From: a virus
DNA: 50,364 nt
Direction: 5' to 3' (one strand)
Virus record (IMG/VR): IMGVR_UViG_3300029822_000014
Location: 1 to 50,364 of that record
The notes below the pieces were generated by a model. The model was not told the origin of the DNA, ran no database searches, and saw nothing but the letters and a program-made list of their open reading frames with translations. Below, piece by piece: positions 1-8,423 of the stretch. The position numbers and the translations under genes were made by a program. Position 1 is the first letter of the stretch. Each line of letters starts with the position of its first letter.

Positions 1-99
1 TACATAGTTGGACTTCTTCAATCTTTATCTTTTAATTGTTTTGGACATGTATTATAAAATCAGGTTTTTTTTTAGTAATGTATCAATATGATTTTAAAA
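1..99. repeat. Terminal direct repeat, left copy (identical to 50266..50364)
   Basis: nt 1-99 (tacatagttggacttcttcaatc...atatgattttaaaa) match the last 99 nt of the window base for base. Confidence 0.95.
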
Positions 100-137
100 A
101 CTACATGTAGAAAACATAAGATTATATGATAACGAAT

Positions 138-165
138 AAAGGTTCAAATCCTTTCGTGTCCACCA
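138..165 (+). other. tRNA 3'-end-like fragment (T-arm + acceptor 3' strand + ACCA); candidate att core
   Basis: AAAGG-TTCAAAT-CCTTT-CGTGTCC-A-CCA: 5-bp T stem with G53/C61, canonical T-loop TTCAAAT, 7-nt acceptor strand, discriminator and CCA. No D-arm, anticodon arm or 5' acceptor strand at tRNA distance upstream. Confidence 0.55.
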
Positions 166-192
166 ATTTTTTCATATATTAATATATGCACT

Positions 193-216
193 CCACTAAG
201 GTTTAAACCCTAGTGG
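193..216. other. Hairpin (9-bp stem with 1 mismatch, TTTAAA loop) flanked by direct TGCACT hexamers
   Basis: CCACTAAGG-TTTAAA-CCCTAGTGG; TGCACT at 187-192 and 218-223. Confidence 0.4.
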
Positions 217-279
217 CTGCACTAATACTTACTAATTTTAATATTAAACAAAAAAAAATAAAAGGGGAGAGATTCTATT

Positions 280-528
280 ATGACAACAAGTTATAAAAAT
301 ACATCAATTTTACTAAATATTGTAGGTTACATTATCGCAGTAGGAGGGACCATCACAGTAACACAATGGACAAGCATACTACCCTCTGGTTACGATTGGA
401 TAGCCTCTATACTCGTTACAATCTTCGGATACGCACTCACACAATTAAGTGAAAACAAACGTGTAAGTACTGCTGAAGAACTAGTAACAGAAGATGCAAA
501 CGATGAATCAAGTACTGAAGGAATTTAA
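280..528 (+). CDS. Small membrane protein (2 predicted TM helices), function unknown
   Basis: 82 aa; SD-like aaaaGGGGAGag upstream of ATG; hydrophobic helices ILLNIVGYIIAVGGTITV and IASILVTIFGYALTQL; acidic tail. Confidence 0.55.
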   Translation: MTTSYKNTSILLNIVGYIIAVGGTITVTQWTSILPSGYDWIASILVTIFGYALTQLSENKRVSTAEELVTEDANDESSTEGI

Positions 529-1105
529 AAATTGGACACATCATGTAATTCACCTCGATGACATAACCCCTGAAATAAAACATAAATGGAAACTAGAACA
601 TAAAACCCTTAAACATTACATTTATCACGGATTAAAAACTAGTCTAAGCGTAGTATTCATAAGTTTAGGAGTAACAACCCTTTTTGCAATTATGACTCAT
701 GATCCTGAAATAAGAAAATATGGGGTAACAAGTTTTGATTGTGCAGTAGCAAGTATAGTTGCAGGATTTCTTATAATCTGGCTAATTGATCGTGTTCATC
801 AACGACAAGAAATGCAACGTGATGAAGAAGATTTAAAGTATCGTAAAGAATTAAAGGAAGAAAATAAGCATTTAAGTGAAGAGAATAAGAAAATGCGAGA
901 AAGTATAAACGATATGAGTAATGAGATTGCAGATATAAAATGCAACGATATAATTGAACGTAAGGTTGATGAAAGACTTCGAGGAATACTATATGATTTA
1001 CGGTTTAATAATCCTGATAATAATGTTAATATTCATGCTAATAATAACAAGGAATTAAATAAAAGAACCAATGAAGAATACTTAAAAGATTTAACAGAAG
1101 ATTAA
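494..1105 (+). CDS. Membrane protein with charged coiled-coil-like C-terminus, function unknown
   Basis: 203 aa; TM-like SLSVVFISLGVTTLFAIM and AVASIVAGFLIIWLI, then a K/E-rich segment. Start uncertain (35-nt overlap with previous ORF; alternative ATG at 503). Confidence 0.55.
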   Translation: MQTMNQVLKEFKNWTHHVIHLDDITPEIKHKWKLEHKTLKHYIYHGLKTSLSVVFISLGVTTLFAIMTHDPEIRKYGVTSFDCAVASIVAGFLIIWLIDRVHQRQEMQRDEEDLKYRKELKEENKHLSEENKKMRESINDMSNEIADIKCNDIIERKVDERLRGILYDLRFNNPDNNVNIHANNNKELNKRTNEEYLKDLTED

Positions 1106-1128
1106 AAAAAAAGAAAATAGTTAAATGG

Positions 1129-1185
1129 AACATGTCACATTTAAGCATGACAACCGTGTCATGTGACATATTTAAACATGACAAG
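1129..1185. promoter_or_regulatory. Cluster of palindromic CATGACA/TGTCATG and TGTGACAT motifs upstream of the packaging genes (pac or operator candidate)
   Basis: aaCATGTCACAT..CATGACAaccgTGTCATGTGACAT..CATGACAag. There is a perfect 7-bp inverted repeat with a 4-nt spacer (1146-1163), an inverted pair of ATGTCACAT/ATGTGACAT and two direct CATGACAA copies, 33 nt before the terS-like start. Confidence 0.4.
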
Positions 1186-1217
1186 TTATAGGGAAAATAA
1201 TATTTGATGTAGATAAC

Positions 1218-1709
1218 ATGGTAAGGAAAACAGCAGTAGAAAAGTCAGAGCATAGAGATGAAATAGATGACTTCTTATTAAAAGGTGAAAGTGCTCGTTT
1301 TGTTTCTAAATACATCTATGATAAATATAATGAAAAGATTTCACATCAAGCAATTACAAGGTATCGGAAGAAATGTTTGAATGTTGAGGATCAAGTCAGG
1401 ATTGAATATCAGGATAAAAAGTCTAAGGAAAAAGTTCATGCTGAAGTAAGTAAAGGTGTGACTGATTTAGAGAAATTAGATAAAATTATTGACAAACCTT
1501 GTGATACCACACCCGACTTAAATAGTGTTGAAGATCCAACTGAAAGAGAAAAATTAAAGATTCAAATTGATAAAGGAAAAGTTCAAGCTATAAAAACTAA
1601 ACATGATATTCTTAAAGATGAAACTATTACAGTTGACATTAATACTCCATTAAGTAATTTGGGGGAAATGATTGGTAAAGGAGTTGAGGATTATAAGAAA
1701 AAAGAATGA
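1218..1709 (+). CDS. Putative terminase small subunit (HTH-containing)
   Basis: 163 aa directly upstream of and overlapping terL; N-terminal HTH-like ARFVSKYIYDKYNEKISHQAITRYRKK. The call is mainly positional. Confidence 0.45.
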   Translation: MVRKTAVEKSEHRDEIDDFLLKGESARFVSKYIYDKYNEKISHQAITRYRKKCLNVEDQVRIEYQDKKSKEKVHAEVSKGVTDLEKLDKIIDKPCDTTPDLNSVEDPTEREKLKIQIDKGKVQAIKTKHDILKDETITVDINTPLSNLGEMIGKGVEDYKKKE

Positions 1710-2979
1710 ACCTCAATTCAAGTTTGGATTATTCTCAGATAAAGGAAAAGATTTCATAGCTAACAGCAACGCTTGGATAAATATTGAACACGGAGCAGTA
1801 CGAAGTAGTAAAACCACTAACATGAATGTGCGATGGTTAAATTATATTGCCACCTCCCCACATGATGAATTCATGATAACTGCAAAAACAAGAGATACAC
1901 TTAAACGTAATGTAATAACCCCATTAATAAAAATCTTAGAAGATAATAATGTACCCTATAAATACAATAAAATTGAGGGGGAATTCTTAATACAGGACAA
2001 ACTCAACTACTGCATAGGATTAAACGATGAATCTTCAGAGGATAAAATTGCAGGAGTAACCGTAGGTGGTTGGTATGGTGATGAAGTAGCAAGATACCCT
2101 AAAAGTGCAGTGGAGATGGCAATCAGTCGATGCAGTCTACCTGGTGCTAAAATCTTTTGGAACTGCAACCCTGAAAGTCCTGAACATTTTATTTATAAAG
2201 ATTATATTAATAATCCTACCTTGCTTGACTGTGGGGAAGTGAAAGTATGGCACTTCCTACTCGATGACAATCCAAACCTCACCGAGGAATATAAAAATAA
2301 TTTAAAACGAGTAAACAGTAAAAGTGAAGTGTTCTATAAACGAAACATACTTGGACAATGGGTAATAGCTGAAGGAGCAATCTATGACCGATTCACTGAA
2401 GCAGAAAACACATTTAACACTAAAATAAATTTAAGTGATTATAATGAAATCATAATGGGCTGCGATTACGGAGTATCAACCGTGTGTGTGTTTGGGGCAA
2501 TGGGAATACGGAAAAATCCAAATGGAAACTATTATGACCTTCTCGATGAATGGTACTATGATGCCAAGGAAAAAGGAGTAAGTAAAAGTGATAGTGAATA
2601 CTGTGCCGAAATGAAGAAACTCCAAGACAAATATAATATTCATAAATGTTACTTACCCCATGATGCAAAATCATTAAAAACTGCTGCTGAAAAGAATAAG
2701 AACATAACTATGAAAATAGAAACTTATGCCCCTAATACTGTTGGGGATATAGAAACCATTCAAGATTTAATAGCCACTAACCATTTTAGAATACATGAAC
2801 AATGTGAAAATAGTATTATACAAGCACAATCTTACTGCTGGGATTTAAAAGCACAAGCAAAAGGAAAAGACCAACCACGAAAAGAGAATGATCACTGTCC
2901 GGATATGTGGAGGGGGCCAATAATGGGACCAAGAAGTAATATGGATAAGACTGCAAGTGTAGGAGTAATCAGAATATGA
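1672..2979 (+). CDS. terL: Terminase large subunit
   Basis: 435 aa; Walker A-like HGAVRSSKT, Walker B WYGDE, C-terminal RNase H-like nuclease acidic motifs (MGCDYG, LPHDA, NDHCPD). The track start is TTG and the true start is uncertain. Confidence 0.9.
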   Translation: MVKELRIIRKKNEPQFKFGLFSDKGKDFIANSNAWINIEHGAVRSSKTTNMNVRWLNYIATSPHDEFMITAKTRDTLKRNVITPLIKILEDNNVPYKYNKIEGEFLIQDKLNYCIGLNDESSEDKIAGVTVGGWYGDEVARYPKSAVEMAISRCSLPGAKIFWNCNPESPEHFIYKDYINNPTLLDCGEVKVWHFLLDDNPNLTEEYKNNLKRVNSKSEVFYKRNILGQWVIAEGAIYDRFTEAENTFNTKINLSDYNEIIMGCDYGVSTVCVFGAMGIRKNPNGNYYDLLDEWYYDAKEKGVSKSDSEYCAEMKKLQDKYNIHKCYLPHDAKSLKTAAEKNKNITMKIETYAPNTVGDIETIQDLIATNHFRIHEQCENSIIQAQSYCWDLKAQAKGKDQPRKENDHCPDMWRGPIMGPRSNMDKTASVGVIRI

Positions 2980-4235
2980 ATATTAGAGAAACAATTAATA
3001 AACGGATTATGAAACCGTTACAACATTTACGGAATCCTGCAAAGAATAGTTTATATGATAATTATCTTGCAAAGTATCCCTGGGTAACACAACGACCACA
3101 AAAACAGTACGGTAAAATAGGAACATACTATAATGCCCTCCATAACCCTTATGTGAATGCTTGCTTATCTGTATATGAAATGGAAAGTTTGAATTGTGAA
3201 TTCACTATTAACAATCCAGATACGGATAAAGTAGATTATAATCATGTGAATTATTTAACACAATTATTCAATCATCCAATGGGTATAAGTAATAGTACTA
3301 CTTGGGCATTACTAAACCATAACATATGGTATAGTTGGAAAGGTACAGGTGACTGTTTTATCGAGGTAACAAATGATGATAATGGAATCATTAATGGATT
3401 ACAATACATTCCCACCGAACTCGTATGGCGGAATTTTGAGAATGATTGCTGGGCATTAAGGAATACTGAAATCACTTATGAACCTGATGAATTAATCCAT
3501 ATTTACAAACCTGCACCCCAAGCTCGTGACAGCCTATGGGGTGTAAGTGTTATTGATACTATCGCTGATGAATTACGATTACAATTATTAGGGGCGGATT
3601 ATAATGCTAAAGGATTCGAAAGTCATGGGGGATTAGACCCACGAGGTATTATTAAGTTTGGTGAAGATATTAGTATAGATGAATTCAATAATGAGATTGA
3701 AAGGATTGGAACTAGTGCACTCACTAATCCTGAAGGAATACTTGCATTGAAAGGTGGGGAGTACCAGAAAACCGGTACAAGTAATAAGGATATGCAATTC
3801 CTCGAGTTAATGAATTATACACGAAACGTTATAATCACAGCATTCCAATTACAACCTCACAAACTCGGAATAATCGAATCCGGTAATCTTGGTGGGGGAA
3901 CTGGTGAAGCACAGGATACTAATTTTAAGAAAGTATTAAAAGGTAATTGTCGAGTGATTGAGGATAGTTTCAACAAGGTATTAGGACATAATGGGTTTAA
4001 TGAAATGTTCAAGTATGGTGAATTAGATATTGAGGATAAATTACAACGAGCACAAATCGAGAATATTCGATTACAGAATGGATCATTAACCGTGAATGAA
4101 GTGCGAAGTAATTATGGGGAGGAACCAGTTGAATGGGGTGATACTCCAAATAATACCCAAACAAGTTTACCTGTTATGAATAGTTTAGATAAACAAGTTA
4201 TGAAGTCACTTAAGGAGGGGGGGTTAATACGATAA
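2976..4235 (+). CDS. Portal protein (HK97-family-like)
   Basis: 419 aa, 4-nt overlap with the terL stop; TRNVIITAFQLQPHKLGI resembles the conserved portal segment (..eia.afgvP..llg); position between terL and the head morphogenesis gene. Confidence 0.8.
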   Translation: MNIRETINKRIMKPLQHLRNPAKNSLYDNYLAKYPWVTQRPQKQYGKIGTYYNALHNPYVNACLSVYEMESLNCEFTINNPDTDKVDYNHVNYLTQLFNHPMGISNSTTWALLNHNIWYSWKGTGDCFIEVTNDDNGIINGLQYIPTELVWRNFENDCWALRNTEITYEPDELIHIYKPAPQARDSLWGVSVIDTIADELRLQLLGADYNAKGFESHGGLDPRGIIKFGEDISIDEFNNEIERIGTSALTNPEGILALKGGEYQKTGTSNKDMQFLELMNYTRNVIITAFQLQPHKLGIIESGNLGGGTGEAQDTNFKKVLKGNCRVIEDSFNKVLGHNGFNEMFKYGELDIEDKLQRAQIENIRLQNGSLTVNEVRSNYGEEPVEWGDTPNNTQTSLPVMNSLDKQVMKSLKEGGLIR

Positions 4236-4267
4236 ATGTAGATGATACCTTATTCCGTAAACTATTA

Positions 4268-6175
4268 ATGAAATCACTCCCCCCCACCGTATACATCACC
4301 AAACGATTAAACAAACAACAACAACTCCTTTTAAATAAAATTAATGATACATTAGAGGGGCAATTGAAAGTTGCAGAAGACTGGTTACGAAGTGATGAAG
4401 CAAGACAATACTATACAGGGCAAAGAAAACTTGAAGCCAACTTCTTTAATAACATTGAAAACAATATGAGTGATTTATTGAATAAGGATAGTAAGGATTA
4501 TATGAGTCACTTCGAAGACTTATACAAACTTGGAGCAGATAAAGGTTACAGTCAATTATTTCAAGATGCGGTATGGACAGAAGCCGATAAAAGAGCCATG
4601 TTTCATGTTCAACAATATGGTTTTGACCGTATACGGAAACTTAGTGAGGATTGTAAAACTGATGTCCGTGAAGCAATATGGAGAGGAGTAGCTGAGGGAC
4701 AAAGTATGGATAAGGTAGCACGGAATATTCGTGACATACCATTAGAACCATTAACCAACAGTAATATGAGTCCTGAGGTACGAGCCCAAATGATAGCTTA
4801 CACTGAAACCTCAAGAGCTGTGAATGCTGGTACAATCCAATCCTATGCGAATTATGGGATAGAGAAAGTGGATATTGTAACTGCTGGTGATGATAGTGTC
4901 TGTGAAGATTGTATTGCGATTGAAGAAGATAATCCTTACACATTAACTGAGGCAAGTAACCTATTACCAGTCCATCCAAATTGTTATGATGAAATTACTG
5001 AAGTATATACTAATCATGGTTGGAAATTGTTTAAGGATATAATTAAAGATGAAGATGAAGTTTTAAGTTTAAATCCTGAAACAAGAGAAACAGAGTTCAT
5101 TAAGGATTATAATATTATTAGTCATGTTAATGATTATGAGTATATGTATTGGATTCATAATCAATGGTTCGATACTTGTGTAACCCCCGACCATGATTGT
5201 TTCATTTATCAAAGAAAATCTAAGGATAAAGTAAGAAGTTTATATCATGAATTCCGTAAACCAACAGAACTTAATACTGAATCAAAATTCTACAGAACAT
5301 GTAATAATAATAATGTTTCACCAGAAGTAATAGATGTTAATGGATTAAAATTCAAACCTGAAGATTATGCTTTCTTTATGGCATGGTACATTAGTGAAGG
5401 TTCAATATTACATAATGTTAATGAAGCTAAGCAAAGAGGTTATGCAATTGATATAATCCAAGTAATACCTGAGAATAGAAAAGTATTAGAAAAAGAACTT
5501 ACACGGATATGTGAATACTTAAATTTAAAACTTGGAGTTAGAAAAGATAGGTACCAAATCTATTCTAAAGAATTATATGAATACTTAAAACCATTAGGTT
5601 ACAGTAATGAGAAATATACTCCAAATGAATTATTCAGTTTAAGTAGATCTGATTTAAATATTTTCTTGGATAATTATGTTAAAGGTGATGGGAATGAAAG
5701 AGAATCTTCTAATAAAGTTTGTTGTAATTCTTTTGAGAGAACATTATTCACTTCATCTACACATTTAGTTGATGATTTAAGTTATATTATTTTATTAGCT
5801 GGTTATTATCCAAGTATAAAAGTTATGAGTAAAGCTGGAACTGTGGTTAAACATCATAATGGTTCTTATGCTCAAAACTATGATGTGTATAGTATTAGGA
5901 TTAACAGGTCTGAATATGCAACTGTTCCTAATTTAAATATTGACAAAGTGGATTATACTGATATGGTTTATTGTATTGCATTGCCTAAGTATCATACATT
6001 ATGGACTAAACGAAATGGTAAAACTACATGGAATGGTAATTGTAGGTGTGTGTATAGTCCAGTGATAGATTTACCCACAGACCAAGAAGTTAAAGAAGCA
6101 TTTGAAAACCTAGAACCAGTAGACCCCCCACAAGATACAGATATGACAACTAACGATACTAAAATAAAAATTTAA
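4268..6175 (+). CDS. Head morphogenesis protein (Phage Mu F / SPP1 gp7-like) interrupted by an intein
   Basis: N-extein ends ...DDSVCEDCIAIEEDNPYTL..LPVHPN and the C-extein starts CRC. Joining them restores the family signature D..C..C...HPNCRC. Lies downstream of portal as in SPP1/Mu. Confidence 0.8.
   Translation: MKSLPPTVYITKRLNKQQQLLLNKINDTLEGQLKVAEDWLRSDEARQYYTGQRKLEANFFNNIENNMSDLLNKDSKDYMSHFEDLYKLGADKGYSQLFQDAVWTEADKRAMFHVQQYGFDRIRKLSEDCKTDVREAIWRGVAEGQSMDKVARNIRDIPLEPLTNSNMSPEVRAQMIAYTETSRAVNAGTIQSYANYGIEKVDIVTAGDDSVCEDCIAIEEDNPYTLTEASNLLPVHPNCYDEITEVYTNHGWKLFKDIIKDEDEVLSLNPETRETEFIKDYNIISHVNDYEYMYWIHNQWFDTCVTPDHDCFIYQRKSKDKVRSLYHEFRKPTELNTESKFYRTCNNNNVSPEVIDVNGLKFKPEDYAFFMAWYISEGSILHNVNEAKQRGYAIDIIQVIPENRKVLEKELTRICEYLNLKLGVRKDRYQIYSKELYEYLKPLGYSNEKYTPNELFSLSRSDLNIFLDNYVKGDGNERESSNKVCCNSFERTLFTSSTHLVDDLSYIILLAGYYPSIKVMSKAGTVVKHHNGSYAQNYDVYSIRINRSEYATVPNLNIDKVDYTDMVYCIALPKYHTLWTKRNGKTTWNGNCRCVYSPVIDLPTDQEVKEAFENLEPVDPPQDTDMTTNDTKIKI
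4982..6040 (+). mobile_element. Intein with LAGLIDADG homing endonuclease domain (353 aa, residues 239-591 of the host protein)
   Basis: Starts with Cys (CYDEITEVYTNHGWKLFKDI = block A). Block B is VTPDHDCF. Two LAGLIDADG-like motifs (FFMAWYISEGS, IFLDNYVKGDGNE). Ends ..TWNGN followed by the +1 Cys (CRC). Frame-checked coordinates. Confidence 0.75.
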
Positions 6176-6291
6176 CACCAAATAAATAAAGAGGATATGT
6201 GAAATTCTATGTAGTAATCAAAATTACATCACATAAAAAAAAAAAATTTTTAACTTTTATTAAAATAATTTAATGGAGGTAGGAGGATAAT

Positions 6292-7449
6292 ATGAATAAT
6301 AATCAATTTGAAGTATACGCTCCAATCCACAAAAGCATAGACACTAGCACCGATGAAACCACCCAAGATATGATACTAACAGGTATCGCAAGTACCACCA
6401 ACTTAGACCTTGAAAATGATAATATAAGTCCTGAAGTAATTGCGAGTATGAAAGAACAAGCCCTTAACTTGAACTTTCACTGCGACCACAATACCAATTA
6501 TAAAGGTGTTATTGGTACTATTATTGAAGTATTGGATACTGATGATTCCCAATTAGAAATTAAAGCCAAAGTACTACCTGAGTATGCTACTAATATACAA
6601 GAAAAATTAGACTTCGGTATAAACTTCGGTTTAAGCATTGGGGGATTGTTAAATGATTATATATCCAACAATGATGGGGGTATGACTGTTAAAGACATAA
6701 CATTAACCGAGATAAGTTTAACCCCATTACCTGCGAATTGGGATAGTTTCGGAACAGTAACCACTAAAGGATTAGTACAATCCAAGTGTTTAACTGGTGC
6801 CTGCAAAACAATAATAAAAAATATGAATAAACAAAAAGAGGTAAATAATATGACCTTAAATGAAAATGATAAACAAGAATTAATACAAGAAGTAATCAAA
6901 GCATTACCCAACAATGATGATAAACCTGAAGAGGATAAACCATTAACCAGTGATGATGTTACCACAATGATAAACGAGGCCATCACCAATGCAACTGATG
7001 AAATCACTCAAACCGTGATGGATCAAGTCGGCCAAAAAATGAGTGATATGATTGATGAAAAGATGGGGGATAAAGAGGAACCAACAGAGGATGTTCCACC
7101 TGAAGAAGATAAAGCTTGTGGGGATACTACTGATGAGGAACAAAAAGCTTGTGACCCAGAAGAAGACCCAATGAAAGAGGAACAAAAAAGTTTAACCATG
7201 GCGGATGTGCAAAAAGCAATGCTAAACGCATTAACTGATGAAACTGTAATGGATAAACTCTCCCAGAAAATGTGGAGTAATAAAACTAATAACCGTGAAC
7301 CAGTCAGTAAATCCAAAGAAGTAATCGAGAACGCATTACAAGGATTAGAAACCAAACAATCAAACATGGAGAAAGGTATGAGTAAAGCACAACCACCAAA
7401 AGAATTAGCAAAACTATTACTCAAATCTAACCCATTCTTACAAAAATAA
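6292..7449 (+). CDS. Prohead protease (HK97-type-like N-terminal half) fused to an acidic scaffold-like C-terminal half
   Basis: 385 aa; ILTGIASTTNLDLENDNISPEV, HCDHN, GLSIGG and TEISLTPLPAN resemble Caudovirus prohead serine protease motifs. The C-terminal ~200 aa are D/E/K-rich; located before the capsid gene. Confidence 0.6.
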   Translation: MNNNQFEVYAPIHKSIDTSTDETTQDMILTGIASTTNLDLENDNISPEVIASMKEQALNLNFHCDHNTNYKGVIGTIIEVLDTDDSQLEIKAKVLPEYATNIQEKLDFGINFGLSIGGLLNDYISNNDGGMTVKDITLTEISLTPLPANWDSFGTVTTKGLVQSKCLTGACKTIIKNMNKQKEVNNMTLNENDKQELIQEVIKALPNNDDKPEEDKPLTSDDVTTMINEAITNATDEITQTVMDQVGQKMSDMIDEKMGDKEEPTEDVPPEEDKACGDTTDEEQKACDPEEDPMKEEQKSLTMADVQKAMLNALTDETVMDKLSQKMWSNKTNNREPVSKSKEVIENALQGLETKQSNMEKGMSKAQPPKELAKLLLKSNPFLQK

Positions 7450-7472
7450 ATAAACAATTAAAAGGTGATAAT

Positions 7473-8423
7473 ATGGATACACAAATAACCGATTTTGATT
7501 CAAGATTAAATAAATTAGAGAAAGCATATGCTGATAATTATGCTGCTACTGGAAAATTCCCAGTAAGTCAACAAGTGGAATACACTCCTGAAATAAAAAG
7601 TAAGGTAGGTGAAATGGCACCATTCTACAGATTCCTCGAAAGTAAAGGATGTATACAAGGAACCGATTCATCATACGTAGGATTCTATGTAGAGTCCAAT
7701 ACTAATACTGCTGCATTCATGGATGAACTTGATGAAATCCCTGACCATGGACCAGCAACCTACACTGAAGTAACTAAGAAAATGAGTACAGTTGCTACTG
7801 GTATAGAAGTATCAATGATGGCACAGATGGGTAATAATACTCTTGATTACTTAAGTAAACAAATAGAAAATGGTTATGTGAATATAACTAATATTCTTGA
7901 TAAGACTTTACTTGAAGGATTAGGAACTACTGCTTCTAAGGACTTTAAAGGATTCGCAAACGAAGTAACCACCAATGTTAAGGATAACAGTACTAATAAG
8001 ATAACAGAAAACATTATCAACGATATGATAGAAGACATCGTGGATGACAATAAAGGTACTCCTGATGCAATCATCACTAATTACACTGTTGCAAGACAAT
8101 TAAGAGATATTATCTATGATTACTACAGATTCAACGATAAAGTAGATGTGGGTATAGGTTTCCGTGTTAATACTTTCGAAGCTGAGAATGGTCAACAATT
8201 ACCTATTATAATTGACCCTAACATGACATCCAATCAAATGTTCATCGTAGATAGTAGTACTATTCAATTGAAACAATTAATGGCTCCAACACTTTTCACA
8301 GATTTACCTACAAATATTCTTGGTTATCGTCAAGCTATTGCAACCTTTATTACAAGTCAGAATATTGCTGAATTCCAAAACGGTCTTATTAAGAACATTG
8401 GAACCACCACTCCCAGTGGATGA
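7473..8423 (+). CDS. Major capsid protein
   Basis: 316 aa directly after protease/scaffold; strong SD (aaaGGTGATaatATG); size and position typical of HK97-fold capsid proteins. Confidence 0.7.
   Translation: MDTQITDFDSRLNKLEKAYADNYAATGKFPVSQQVEYTPEIKSKVGEMAPFYRFLESKGCIQGTDSSYVGFYVESNTNTAAFMDELDEIPDHGPATYTEVTKKMSTVATGIEVSMMAQMGNNTLDYLSKQIENGYVNITNILDKTLLEGLGTTASKDFKGFANEVTTNVKDNSTNKITENIINDMIEDIVDDNKGTPDAIITNYTVARQLRDIIYDYYRFNDKVDVGIGFRVNTFEAENGQQLPIIIDPNMTSNQMFIVDSSTIQLKQLMAPTLFTDLPTNILGYRQAIATFITSQNIAEFQNGLIKNIGTTTPSG

Noticed and set aside
1-99. The 99-nt end repeats as attL/attR of an integrated prophage
   Set aside because: No host-like sequence flanks them, since the window starts and ends exactly at the repeat. 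The repeat does not include the tRNA-like fragment. The content between is a complete viral genome with a continuous intergenic region across the junction.
43-165. Full-length tRNA (with intron) using GGACATG at 43-49 as the 5' acceptor strand
   Set aside because: The span is 123 nt, with no D-arm (no GG/AGC features) and no recognisable anticodon arm or bulge-helix-bulge intron motif. The complementarity is probably fortuitous.
193-216. Possible second tRNA 3' fragment (ggtttaaaccc..)
   Set aside because: The loop TTTAAA(C) violates the conserved T54-Psi55-C56 pattern. The pairing is a simple 9-bp hairpin, not a T-arm plus acceptor, and there is no CCA. It is kept only as a hairpin.
2450-4979. 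Minus-strand ORFs inside terL, portal and the head morphogenesis gene (2450..2674, 3272..3475, 4641..4979). Similar ones lie in other fibre, baseplate and replication genes (e.g. 24713..25150, 27722..28671, 31710..31979, 33036..33762, 44484..45182)
   Set aside because: They are antisense to recognised genes and have no motifs, RBS or coupling.
6657-7457. Three overlapping minus-strand ORFs (116, 80 and 144 aa) opposite the protease/scaffold gene
   Set aside because: They are antisense to a well-supported + strand gene. They have low-complexity S/L/F-rich translations mirroring the acidic repeats, no RBS and no operon context. This is typical shadow-ORF behaviour.
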